Below are positions 43,905-52,641 of a stretch of DNA of 64,000 nucleotides, piece by piece (the first letter of the stretch is position 1; each line of letters begins with the position of its first letter). Location: assembly GCA_017630195.1 (NCBI GenBank), contig JAGBVS010000021.1:39262-103261 (forward strand). The letters run 5' to 3'. The notes below the pieces were generated by a model. It worked only from the letters and a program-made list of their open reading frames with translations. It made no database searches and was not told the DNA's origin. The translations under genes were made by a program, and so were the position numbers. The stretch is from Bacteroidales bacterium (GTDB lineage: Bacteria; Bacteroidota; Bacteroidia; Bacteroidales; F082).

Positions 43905-45410
43905 ATGAGTTTTTTGAGTAAGGACACCATTTGCGCAATCGCAACAGCTTCAGGAACAGCAGCAGTTTCAATGATTAGAATGTCGGGAAAGGACAGCCAT
44001 AAGATTGCACTTTCAAGATTTGTTAGAAGAAAACAATTAGCATTGCATGAAATCACTCCAAACAGAATGTATTATGGAGAATTTGCCGATACAAGTGGTA
44101 AAATCATTGATGATGTTATGATTACATTTTTCAAAGCACCACATTCATATACTGGAGAAGACTCTGTCGAGATTGTATGTCACGGCTCTATTTTCATTCA
44201 GAATAATATTTTAGAGATACTGATACAAAGCGGAGCGCGATTGGCAGAAGCCGGCGAATACACCATGAGAGCGTTTGTTAACAACAAGATGGACCTCACC
44301 CAGGCTGAAGCTGTTGCCGACCTCATCTCATCACAGAACGAAGCAGAACATCGTGTAGCGATGAACCAGCTCAAAGGCGGATTTTCCAAAGAACTTCAAG
44401 TATTGAGAAGCAAGCTGTTAGACCTCACATCATTGATGGAACTCGAACTCGACTTCAGCGAAGAAGACGTAGAATTTGCCGACCGCACAAAACTCAACAA
44501 TTTGATAGACGAAGCATCTACTCACATCAACAAACTCACTGATTCTTTTAGACTTGGCAACACCATAAAGAGAGGCACACCTGTCGCTATTGTAGGCGAC
44601 ACCAACGCAGGAAAGAGCACCCTGCTCAACGCGCTGCTCGGTGAAGAAAGAGCCATCGTCTCCGACATAGCAGGAACCACACGCGACACCATCGAAGAAA
44701 CACTGAATATCAGCGGAAAGACATTCAGGTTCATCGACACAGCAGGCATCAGAGAGACAGAAGACACCATTGAGAAAATAGGCATTGAGCGCGCTTTCAA
44801 GAAGATTTCAGAAGCCGACATTGTATTAGGTCTCCTCGACTTAAATCAAAGCTCGGACACATATTTCAAATCTGCCAACTTCATCATTGACAATGTCAAC
44901 CTATTGAAACAAAAGCTGATATTGATATTCAACAAAGTCGATTTGAACCAACAAGCCATGTGGATGGACACAGAGTATATCATTGACAACCTTCGTGTTG
45001 CCATTGAAAAAAACATAGAAGATAACGGAGGCTATATGCTTGACGAGTACAAATACAGCATCACAGGACAAGACTGCTATGATATAAGGAACCTCATCAA
45101 ATACGATTTCATTTCAGCGAAGAACGAAGAAGACATCGAGAAGTTAAAGAAAAACATAGCGTTCTTTGGCAGAGACCTGACAGTAGGCGAAAACGAGGTA
45201 TTAGTCACCAACTTACGCCATTACGAAGCCTTAATAAAGGCAGCCGAGTCGTTGGTCAAGGTAAAGGATGGATTAGATTTCGGCATCTCCACAGAGTTCG
45301 TAGCCCAGGACTTAAAGGAAGTCCTTTATTATTTAGGCAGCATTACCGGTGAGATTAGCAGTGGCGACGTGCTCAATAATATTTTTGGAAGATTCTGCAT
45401 CGGAAAGTGA
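43905..45410 (+). CDS. mnmE: tRNA uridine-5-carboxymethylaminomethyl synthesis GTPase MnmE
   Basis: The ATG at 43905 gives MSFLSKDTICAIATASGTAAVSMIRMSG. It has the G1 motif GDTNAGKSTLLNAL and the invariant C-terminal FCIGK. Confidence 0.95.
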   Translation: MSFLSKDTICAIATASGTAAVSMIRMSGKDSHKIALSRFVRRKQLALHEITPNRMYYGEFADTSGKIIDDVMITFFKAPHSYTGEDSVEIVCHGSIFIQNNILEILIQSGARLAEAGEYTMRAFVNNKMDLTQAEAVADLISSQNEAEHRVAMNQLKGGFSKELQVLRSKLLDLTSLMELELDFSEEDVEFADRTKLNNLIDEASTHINKLTDSFRLGNTIKRGTPVAIVGDTNAGKSTLLNALLGEERAIVSDIAGTTRDTIEETLNISGKTFRFIDTAGIRETEDTIEKIGIERAFKKISEADIVLGLLDLNQSSDTYFKSANFIIDNVNLLKQKLILIFNKVDLNQQAMWMDTEYIIDNLRVAIEKNIEDNGGYMLDEYKYSITGQDCYDIRNLIKYDFISAKNEEDIEKLKKNIAFFGRDLTVGENEVLVTNLRHYEALIKAAESLVKVKDGLDFGISTEFVAQDLKEVLYYLGSITGEISSGDVLNNIFGRFCIGK

Positions 45411-45411
45411 G
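45394..45411 (+). repeat. Direct repeat L (last codons plus stop of mnmE), TCTGCATCGGAAAGTGAG
   Basis: An exact 18-mer copy recurs at 52642-52659. Confidence 0.9.
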
Positions 45412-45602
45412 TTATCAATCACCCAATAGTTTTTACGTCTGTTTTTGTACCTCCTGTGTACCTCGCCGCATGAAATACGATTTTGCATTGGCAAAGTGAT
45501 GGAAAATGTCGTCAACCGAACTAGTGAGTCACACTCTCAAGTTGAATTATTCTACTTTAGCAAATTGTTATCACATAATTTTGCCGAATAAGAAAAGTGT
45601 AT

Positions 45603-45650
45603 TATATTTGCATTTCCGAAACCACCATTTCGGAAATGATTATTTCGGAA
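45603..45650 (+). promoter_or_regulatory. -7 box (TATATTTG) followed by a 10-bp inverted repeat and a third half-site (TTTCGGAA)
   Basis: The sequence reads tatatttg catttccgaaa ccacc atttcggaaatg attatttcggaa, between the promoter box and the ATPase ATG at 45666. Confidence 0.5.
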
Positions 45651-45665
45651 CTAAATAAAAAGCGT

Positions 45666-46985
45666 ATGAGATTTTTTGATAGAACAGAGGAGATTACATC
45701 ACTCAAGGAGATACTTGAACTCTCAAAGAGTAATGCACAGTTTACGGTAGTGACAGGTCGTCGTCGTATCGGTAAAACATCGCTTGTGTGGAAGGCATAC
45801 GAGGATGAGCCGATACTCTATTTCTTTGTTGCCCGTAAGGCTGAGAGTGATTTGTGTACGGATTATATTCAAGAGATTGAGAACAAGTTGGGTATCCCTA
45901 CAATGGGCAGAGCAGAGCGATTCACAGAAATCTTCGAATACCTGATAAAACTCTCTATTGAGCGTCCAATTACACTATTTATAGATGAGTTTCAAGAATT
46001 CTTCAAGGTAAACAAGTCCGTATATAGCGATATGCAACGTATATGGGATATGTATCACACTAAGGCTCATATCAACCTTATAGTGTGCGGTTCTATCTTC
46101 TCGATGATGACTAAAATTTTCAAGGACAAGAAGGAGCCGCTGTATAATCGTCAGACTCGTTTTATATCGATTAAGCCATTCACCCCTACTGTATTGAAGG
46201 AGATTATGACGGAATATAATCCTAACTACACAGCCGAAGATTTGTTAGCGTTATACTCGTTTACAGGTGGCGTAGCAAAGTATGTTCAGTTGCTCGTTGA
46301 TGCTGGAGCAACAACCAAGACAAAGATGCTTAATCACATCATCAAAGCTGACTCTGTATTCTTGGGCGAAGGCAAGGCTATACTTATCGAGGAATTTGGC
46401 AAGGACTACGGAGTCTATTTCTCTATTCTTTCTGCTATCGCTCGTGGCAAGACATTACGCTCGGAGATTGAGCAGATTGTCGGCAGGGAGATTGGTGGCT
46501 ACCTCACAAAATTGGAGAAGGAGTACGAGCTTATTACCAAAAACCAACCTATCTTCGAAAAGAGTTCTACAAAGAAAGTTCGCTATACGATTGAGGACAA
46601 CTTCTTCACCTTTTGGTTCCGTTTCATATACAAGTATAACTATATGCTTGAAATCGAGAACTATGATGCTGTAAAGACTATCATCAACCGCGACTACGAG
46701 ACTTTCAGCGGTAAGATGCTTGAACGCTATTTCAAGCTTGTACTTATGGAGAGCAAGGCGTACACCCGCATCGGCAGTTGGTGGGATAGAAAGGGCGAGA
46801 ATGAGATTGATATTGTTGCCGAGAACGAATTAAACGACGAAGCTGTATTCATCGAGGTAAAGAGAAAAGAGGAAAGCTTTGATTCTATCGCTCTTAATGA
46901 GAAAGTGGATGTATTTACTAGAGCTACAGGCAAGTTTAAGGATTACACTGTATCGCAAAAAGGCTTGTCAATGACCGATATGTAA
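45666..46985 (+). CDS. AAA-type ATPase with C-terminal DUF234 (archaeal-ATPase-like, nuclease-fold tail)
   Basis: FFDRTEE...VTGRRRIGKTSL (Walker A), LFIDEFQ (Walker B), and a C-terminal EIDIVAE...VFIEVKR PD-ExK-like motif. The start is chosen at ATG 45666; the track start is 45597. Confidence 0.8.
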   Translation: MRFFDRTEEITSLKEILELSKSNAQFTVVTGRRRIGKTSLVWKAYEDEPILYFFVARKAESDLCTDYIQEIENKLGIPTMGRAERFTEIFEYLIKLSIERPITLFIDEFQEFFKVNKSVYSDMQRIWDMYHTKAHINLIVCGSIFSMMTKIFKDKKEPLYNRQTRFISIKPFTPTVLKEIMTEYNPNYTAEDLLALYSFTGGVAKYVQLLVDAGATTKTKMLNHIIKADSVFLGEGKAILIEEFGKDYGVYFSILSAIARGKTLRSEIEQIVGREIGGYLTKLEKEYELITKNQPIFEKSSTKKVRYTIEDNFFTFWFRFIYKYNYMLEIENYDAVKTIINRDYETFSGKMLERYFKLVLMESKAYTRIGSWWDRKGENEIDIVAENELNDEAVFIEVKRKEESFDSIALNEKVDVFTRATGKFKDYTVSQKGLSMTDM

Positions 46986-47551
46986 TATATTATGGAAGTT
47001 GTTAATTATTACATCTATCCTCTCGCTCCGAACTTAGGCAATGGTTTGAAGAGAACCACAACAAAGAGAAATGTTGTTGGGTAGTAACTTATCGCGGGAA
47101 ATGCCCAGAGTGGATTTTGAAGATAGAAGACTGATGACTGAGGCAAATGAACACGGATGGCATTTATGGATATGAATGTAATTTAGGGTTAAAATCCTTG
47201 ATGCTTTTTAGTAAAGTAAGATTCAATTTGGTGGATTTTGTATTAACTACTTATAAATAAAGCCCATATTCTAATCTACTAATATATACAACTGGATGAC
47301 ATTGACTGCATTAAAGATGATGTAGCATAAATCCACATTGTCATATTCACCACAAATCTCTTTTCTCACGCTCTCCGCGATTTGGAAATCTCAACCATCA
47401 AGCTCAAGATGCCGCACATCGAATCCGAGTACAGGTTAAAGTTGGTTGGGGTGATTAGGTGAATACAATCTTAATTTGTATCAAAAATTAAAGATGCAAC
47501 ATATCTAAACATTTATACTTTTCTTAAAAAAAGTGGCAAGGTTGATCAAAT

Positions 47552-47582
47552 AATAAAAAGAGGACAAGGTTTTCTTGTCCTC
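47552..47582 (-). terminator. Rho-independent terminator attached to the tRNA fragment
   Basis: On the minus strand, gaggacaag aaaac cttgtcctc forms a perfect 9-bp stem followed by tttttatt. Confidence 0.7.
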
Positions 47583-47589
47583 AAATATG

Positions 47590-47620
47590 TAGGCGGCAAG
47601 GGAATCGAACCCTCATGGCG
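47590..47620 (-). other. tRNA 3'-end fragment (T-arm plus acceptor 3' strand only)
   Basis: The minus strand reads ...gagggttcgattcccttgccgccta. This is a canonical GGTTCGATTCC T-loop and acceptor strand, but no D-arm or anticodon arm can be folded upstream. Confidence 0.7.
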
Positions 47621-48149
47621 AAAATATTGATTTCAAAGTAAGCTTTTACCGCGCATTTTCTTCGAGCATTAACCACCTATTCCGCCAAATGCCCACCACT
47701 TTAAGAAATTACCTAATGCTGTCATATTATTCAGGGTTTGATTAAAATTAAAAAAAGTAATACATCCAAGTACAAACTGGTAATAAGTTGGTAAAGGACA
47801 CCCGAATAAATGAGCGGATATTAAACATACTCCTACGTTCAATCAAATCCGATGCGAATATAGGGAAAACTTTTCAAACAAACTCCTTAATGTTCACTTT
47901 TTATCATCACACATTCCACATTCTACGAAAATCAGCACTTTATCTCACCATAATCCAAAAGTTATTTTGCAGTTATATTCTGATGGATGGTTTCACCATA
48001 ATAACACCGATTTCCTTTGCCATCAAATAGCAACCTACATCGCATTTGACAAGCCACCACAGGCAGTGTATTATCTGACAGAACAGACTCATTACGAGTC
48101 TCTTATTATTTATTTACACAAAATATAGATGGTGTAATTATATATTTAT

Positions 48150-49508
48150 TCAATACAACTTGTCGTCTCTATTAATCTCAAATATAGGATCATATGAAGG
48201 TCGATATTCAACACTATATTTACCATTTATCCCTAGAATAGGTATTTTATAATGTGCAGCTCGTTCTTGAGTGTCATTTGAATCATATTCCACCCATTCT
48301 TGAACATATATATATTCGTACTTTTTAAAGTGTTCAAAATTGGAGATAATATTTGTGATCGTCAAATTAAATTCAGAATCGTAATCACTATATGGCAAAA
48401 TATAAATAAATATTGAATCGAAAATATACAAGACTGCGGTACAGTACGGAGAAAACGCTGGAGACTTTTCTGTTTTAAAGAAAAGATCCAATACTGGTTG
48501 TTCAAAAAAGAATGTATATTGTTCCCCATATAAGAAAGGAGGCAAATCATTGCTCTCAAAATCACCGTGAACCCACTCCCCAGTGCGAACAAAATGACTC
48601 ATCTTATCAGATGGTATCATATCAACTGCAAATTTAACAAGAGCCTTGTAAATCCCCTGATACGAAACAGGCCCATTATTGTAAAGATGAATTTTTCCAG
48701 TTAATTTACCTTGATATAAATCATTAAATATATGCTCTTGTTTTACATATACTGCAGGCTGTTTAGTTACAGGATCGGGATGAATATGAAAATTGAGCCC
48801 TTCTTGATTATGAATTGCAGATTGCTTGCCTTTTATCTGCGAAAGATTGCGATTGATCTCAAGGAACCGAAATAAAGGTGTCTCAACATTATTTGAAAAT
48901 AAATTATTACAAATATCACATTCTTCATAAGCAAACAAAAGATGATTCCCCAAGCTCTCTTGTAACGCATGAGAAATACTTTTATATCGCTCAGCACCAG
49001 TACCTTTACAAAATCTACATATACGTTTTGACTTATCTTTCTCGCCTACATAAACCTTGTCTGTCAAAAAGCCAAAAGAGAATGTATCATAAGATAAATA
49101 AAGTCTACCCCAATTCTGCACAAAAACATTATCTGCTTTTCTAACATCTATTCCTAAAGTGCGAGATTCTGTTTCAAGAACAGACCGTTTTAAGTCCATG
49201 AGAGAAACATTTGTTCTCTGACGAATGAAATAATCCCCATCCTCAAATCCTTTAAAATAAACAGGTAATTGCTGAACGTTAGGGTATTTATCCTTGTATT
49301 TATCAGACAATTTTTGCATTACTTCAATAATCTGCGAATAGTAACAATAAACAGCATGAATGTTTCCTCCCTGAATAGCTTTTATACTATCAAATACTTG
49401 ATCTATTTCTTTTGCAACCCCATGATCTGCCGTTGAAAAATCTATTAGAGTTCTTTTCTTAGGAGACAAAAGATAGAACTTCTGAGGTTGTATGTCAAAA
49501 ATATCCAT
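48150..49508 (-). CDS. Uncharacterised 452-aa protein with a central HNH/zinc-ribbon nuclease motif
   Basis: CRFCKGTGAERYKSISHALQESLGNHLLFAYEECDICNNLF matches the CxxC...H...N...CxxCN layout of HNH (HNH_5-like) nucleases. The flanking N- and C-terminal domains were not recognised. Confidence 0.6.
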   Translation of the reverse strand: MDIFDIQPQKFYLLSPKKRTLIDFSTADHGVAKEIDQVFDSIKAIQGGNIHAVYCYYSQIIEVMQKLSDKYKDKYPNVQQLPVYFKGFEDGDYFIRQRTNVSLMDLKRSVLETESRTLGIDVRKADNVFVQNWGRLYLSYDTFSFGFLTDKVYVGEKDKSKRICRFCKGTGAERYKSISHALQESLGNHLLFAYEECDICNNLFSNNVETPLFRFLEINRNLSQIKGKQSAIHNQEGLNFHIHPDPVTKQPAVYVKQEHIFNDLYQGKLTGKIHLYNNGPVSYQGIYKALVKFAVDMIPSDKMSHFVRTGEWVHGDFESNDLPPFLYGEQYTFFFEQPVLDLFFKTEKSPAFSPYCTAVLYIFDSIFIYILPYSDYDSEFNLTITNIISNFEHFKKYEYIYVQEWVEYDSNDTQERAAHYKIPILGINGKYSVEYRPSYDPIFEINRDDKLY

Positions 49509-49550
49509 ATAATACAGAATTAATGTATATAATCTTATTGTAATGATGTT

Positions 49551-50441
49551 TTATGATTTGGGTATATCTTCCAATTTAATCAGTCTTAACCTGTTTTTTA
49601 GACTCCAGTGTTCCAAAATAAATCCATCTATTCTTTTTTTATCTGTACTAGAAAAATAACTTACTTCCCATTGAGATGTAGCGGGAACATTATTAAAAAA
49701 CCAATCCATATAATCTTCATCTACTGATGAAAATGAAAAACCATATATATGCACACACTCTAAATCTTTGAGAATCTCTTTTAATTCTTGATGTTTGTAA
49801 ATATGTTCGTATGGATTCTTATGATATTTACTTAATTCAAAAGATACTTGCTCCTCGTCATTGCTCATTGAATTTCCCTGAAGAAACGCATCGTGTCCAT
49901 ATATCAGACGTTCGTGTTTTGAAGATTGACCATGAATATGAAGAACTCGTTCTTCTGGTATTTTATACAACCCCTCAAGTACATCCGTATAATTAAAATT
50001 AATGAAAAATGAATCTTCTATTTCCAAATTGATGTACTTTGGGTTGGTTATTAAACTTTGACAACTTTCCACCCATTTTCCAAAACAGTATTGTAATATA
50101 TCAAGTAAACCTCTCAGACGTCTTGCGCAAGGTACATCAGGGTGCAAATTTGGAGGTAAATTATATTTTTCTTCGAAATTCTTTCTCCTTTTTATTTCTG
50201 ATAGAATTTCATCTTTAGATTTTTCTTGTGGCGTAAACTTCTTTATGTATTTCTTTATGTCTAATTTACCAAGTTGCACTTCAAAATCATTCCACCATTC
50301 AACATCCATATCATAGGTAGCCTGCATATTCTCGAAGATGAATGGATAATTATTTTCCAGCCACAAACGAAAATCCACATATCGTGTACGAAGTCCAGTA
50401 TGAATATCAAACCCGTTACCAATTATGTATAGATGCTTCAT
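49551..50441 (-). CDS. AbiH-family abortive infection protein homologue
   Basis: MKHLYIIGNGFDIHTGLRTRYVDF, FINFNYTDVLEGLY, VLHIHG and HIYGFSFSSVDEDY match the AbiH family pattern. Confidence 0.8.
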   Translation of the reverse strand: MKHLYIIGNGFDIHTGLRTRYVDFRLWLENNYPFIFENMQATYDMDVEWWNDFEVQLGKLDIKKYIKKFTPQEKSKDEILSEIKRRKNFEEKYNLPPNLHPDVPCARRLRGLLDILQYCFGKWVESCQSLITNPKYINLEIEDSFFINFNYTDVLEGLYKIPEERVLHIHGQSSKHERLIYGHDAFLQGNSMSNDEEQVSFELSKYHKNPYEHIYKHQELKEILKDLECVHIYGFSFSSVDEDYMDWFFNNVPATSQWEVSYFSSTDKKRIDGFILEHWSLKNRLRLIKLEDIPKS

Positions 50442-50538
50442 AGTGTTAATTAAATAAAATTAAAAACTATTCTTATTTTATGGATTACATATGAAATAAA
50501 GGAAGGTCTTATTACAATGACATAATACAGAATAAAGG

Positions 50539-51366
50539 TTAATTCAACCTCACCATCCCCGCCAACTGAACAAAATAATCATTCGACCAGATATCCAACT
50601 CCTTTGGATTGCGCACAAAAGGAAGTACATCCTCTTTTACTTGCTTTATATCAGCTGTAGAAAGGCGTTCTTTCAGCTTCTCCTTGAATTGTTCTAGAGT
50701 AATATCTTCGTCATTAAACTGCTTGCATCTTTCAGCCAAATGTACAAAATCCAGGGGCACATTATGGCGTACATACCATTCAAAGTCGTACCAATCGCGT
50801 CCCTTTACTCGGTTTTTCCACGCGCGATATACCAGGGCGTGCATCTTGCCGGCAAACAGATCGGATAGAGTGAAGCAACGAGTCATGAATGAATGAGGCT
50901 GCAACAACAGTTTTTGCTCAGTCTTAAAATTAAGTGGAGGACAAGTATCAACCTCTATCTTGATTTTAATAGATTTCTCTGTTTGAAACATAACATCATA
51001 GACATCGGTATTGTCCTTTAGAAAGGCAGACTCAACCTTGCCGAAATTCTTCTTATCCTTCTTCTTGATTTCTACTTCTCGTCCAACTATAGCAAACGTA
51101 TCAATTATAGGTTGGAAATATTTGCTGAAATCAAATGCATCATCCTGTGCTAGCAGAGAAAAGTCCATATCTTCACTAAAGCGTTGCAACCCATGAAAGA
51201 TTCTCAAACAAGTACCGCCATAGAATGCTGCAGATTCAAAAAATCCACCACTATACAAACCTGCAAGAATCACCTGTTGGTTTACTTCAAAAATAGCGTT
51301 TCGCTTATTCTGCTCTGTCATCAGATCATATCGTGACAACATGCTATCGTAAATTTCATTCTTCAT
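50539..51366 (-). CDS. abiEii: AbiEii/AbiGii-family nucleotidyltransferase toxin (type IV TA)
   Basis: 275 aa. GGTCLRIFHGLQRFSEDMDF is the typical NTase motif (GG..L....R.S.DlDf). The start overlaps the abiEi stop by 4 nt. Confidence 0.85.
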   Translation of the reverse strand: MKNEIYDSMLSRYDLMTEQNKRNAIFEVNQQVILAGLYSGGFFESAAFYGGTCLRIFHGLQRFSEDMDFSLLAQDDAFDFSKYFQPIIDTFAIVGREVEIKKKDKKNFGKVESAFLKDNTDVYDVMFQTEKSIKIKIEVDTCPPLNFKTEQKLLLQPHSFMTRCFTLSDLFAGKMHALVYRAWKNRVKGRDWYDFEWYVRHNVPLDFVHLAERCKQFNDEDITLEQFKEKLKERLSTADIKQVKEDVLPFVRNPKELDIWSNDYFVQLAGMVRLN

Positions 51367-51989
51367 CGTCTTAGAAACTTTAATACGGTTGCAATAGAAT
51401 CGACCTTCTTACCGACCTTTATATACTCTTCAAAAATATTAACGTCAAAATTATAGAATTCATCCATATCCATTCGGATATCATGTTCAAGATAGTTTTC
51501 AACATCCTTCATAAAACGCAGATTTACCTTGGATGAATTTGCTATCAGGTCGCACAAAGCCTTTTCGGGCGATGCTATCAAGAAAGCATATTCGCCCTTA
51601 TGAATACTTCTTACTCCAACAGAGAAAGCAGCTCGGGAAATATACTTGTAATCGTAATTACCAATAGGAGTCTGAAAACTTCGTGAATGCTTTATCGTCA
51701 TAGACTGATGTGTATACACAGCCTCTGGAATTAATCCATAATATCTTAATGCTGTTGACATAGAGATATATGAAGGAGCATAAAGATGATTGGCTATCAA
51801 TTCATTTGAAAGTGTCTTTCCGGAATGTTCAGGATTGACAACATAGAGCCCCCTCTTCAATCTTATGATATATCCGTTCTTCTCGAGCCAAACAACCTTC
51901 TTATCTGCAGACTTGAGCTCAGGATATAGCGATTCGATGACTGAAGTCGTTACTGGGATAGCTCCTATTTCCTTTAATTGTCTATTCAT
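51363..51989 (-). CDS. abiEi: AbiEi-family antitoxin (type IV TA)
   Basis: 208 aa with an N-terminal winged-helix region (LEKNGYIIRLKRGLYV), located directly upstream of abiEii. Confidence 0.8.
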   Translation of the reverse strand: MNRQLKEIGAIPVTTSVIESLYPELKSADKKVVWLEKNGYIIRLKRGLYVVNPEHSGKTLSNELIANHLYAPSYISMSTALRYYGLIPEAVYTHQSMTIKHSRSFQTPIGNYDYKYISRAAFSVGVRSIHKGEYAFLIASPEKALCDLIANSSKVNLRFMKDVENYLEHDIRMDMDEFYNFDVNIFEEYIKVGKKVDSIATVLKFLRR

Positions 51990-52061
51990 GTCGCAAATAT
52001 AGTAATATTTTGAATAATAAAAGAAGTATTTCTTCCTTTTCTGTTCAAATATTATCTATAT

Positions 52062-52141
52062 TCACATTTTCCCGACGAAAAAGAGCCTCCTTTTCACATT
52101 ATCCCATATTGTTCTAGTTGTAAAAATCACATTTTCCCCGA
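52062..52141. promoter_or_regulatory. Three direct repeats TCACATT(T/A)TCCC upstream of abiEi (candidate operator)
   Basis: The copies begin at 52062, 52093 and 52127, spaced 31 and 34 nt apart, 73-150 nt upstream of the abiEi ATG. Confidence 0.4.
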
Positions 52142-52641
52142 ATTTAATCCTTGCTGGGCAAAAGAAAAATTCAAAGACTTCTCTTCTTTTGAGAAGCAAA
52201 AAGGGTATGTTTTGGCACTTATAAAAAACACCTTCTAAAAGATAGACGGATATAAAGAAACACATAACATCTGCAAATGAGAGGAGCAAAGTGCATTTTA
52301 TAAGAGTGTAAAGCCACTGCTATGACAGACCTCTTAAATTTGGTGATAAAGGCAGTTTAGTTTACTCCTATTCTATATATACATTGGACTAAACTAAACC
52401 ACAAAATTAATAGCAATCGGAGGTGCAATTTCTGCTCCAATTAAAGGCAATTTTACCATGCAACGAAATGCAAATATGCTAAAAATTCTAAAAAGAGTGC
52501 GTTTTTGCAGATTTTATGGGTTTCTTTGCAAAAATGCAGTCCCCTGTCTGTCCCCCGAATAATTTTTTGTCCTTCGGTAAAACTTTGCAATATATTATGT
52601 ATAAAGTAATTATAAAGTTCTAGATAGGCGTTAAAAAAAAC

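Noticed and set aside
47590-47700. Possible complete tRNA gene on the minus strand
   Set aside because: Only the T-arm and the acceptor 3' strand are canonical. The best 5' partner (aggtggt, two G-U pairs) would give an 88-nt molecule with no GG-containing D-loop and no foldable anticodon stem. It is treated as a 3' fragment.
47788-48030. 80-aa ORF in the coding desert
   Set aside because: It has a TTG start, no promoter box or RBS context, and an implausible composition. It is kept only as part of the coding-desert observation.
49509-50533. Shared 12-mer ataatacagaat (49509-49520 and 50522-50533) and inverted cttattacaatga/cttattgtaatga in the leaders of the HNH and AbiH-like genes
   Set aside because: The match is real, but it is short and in extremely AT-rich sequence. 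The order of the two words differs between loci. I could not distinguish a regulatory site from chance without a background model.
51994-52001. TATATTTG -7 box only about 5 nt upstream of the abiEi ATG (leaderless transcript)
   Set aside because: It is too close to the start codon to call confidently. The true promoter may lie near the direct repeats further upstream.
52062-52289. 75-aa minus-strand ORF upstream of abiEi
   Set aside because: It spans the direct-repeat/promoter region, has no recognisable motif, and is odd and hydrophobic. It is more likely non-coding regulatory DNA.
45412-52641. Integrase/recombinase or transposase that would make the repeat-bracketed block a complete mobile element
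   Set aside because: No ORF in the track, and no reading of the coding desert, shows tyrosine/serine recombinase or DDE motifs. The block is reported only as an insertion signature, not as a mobile element.
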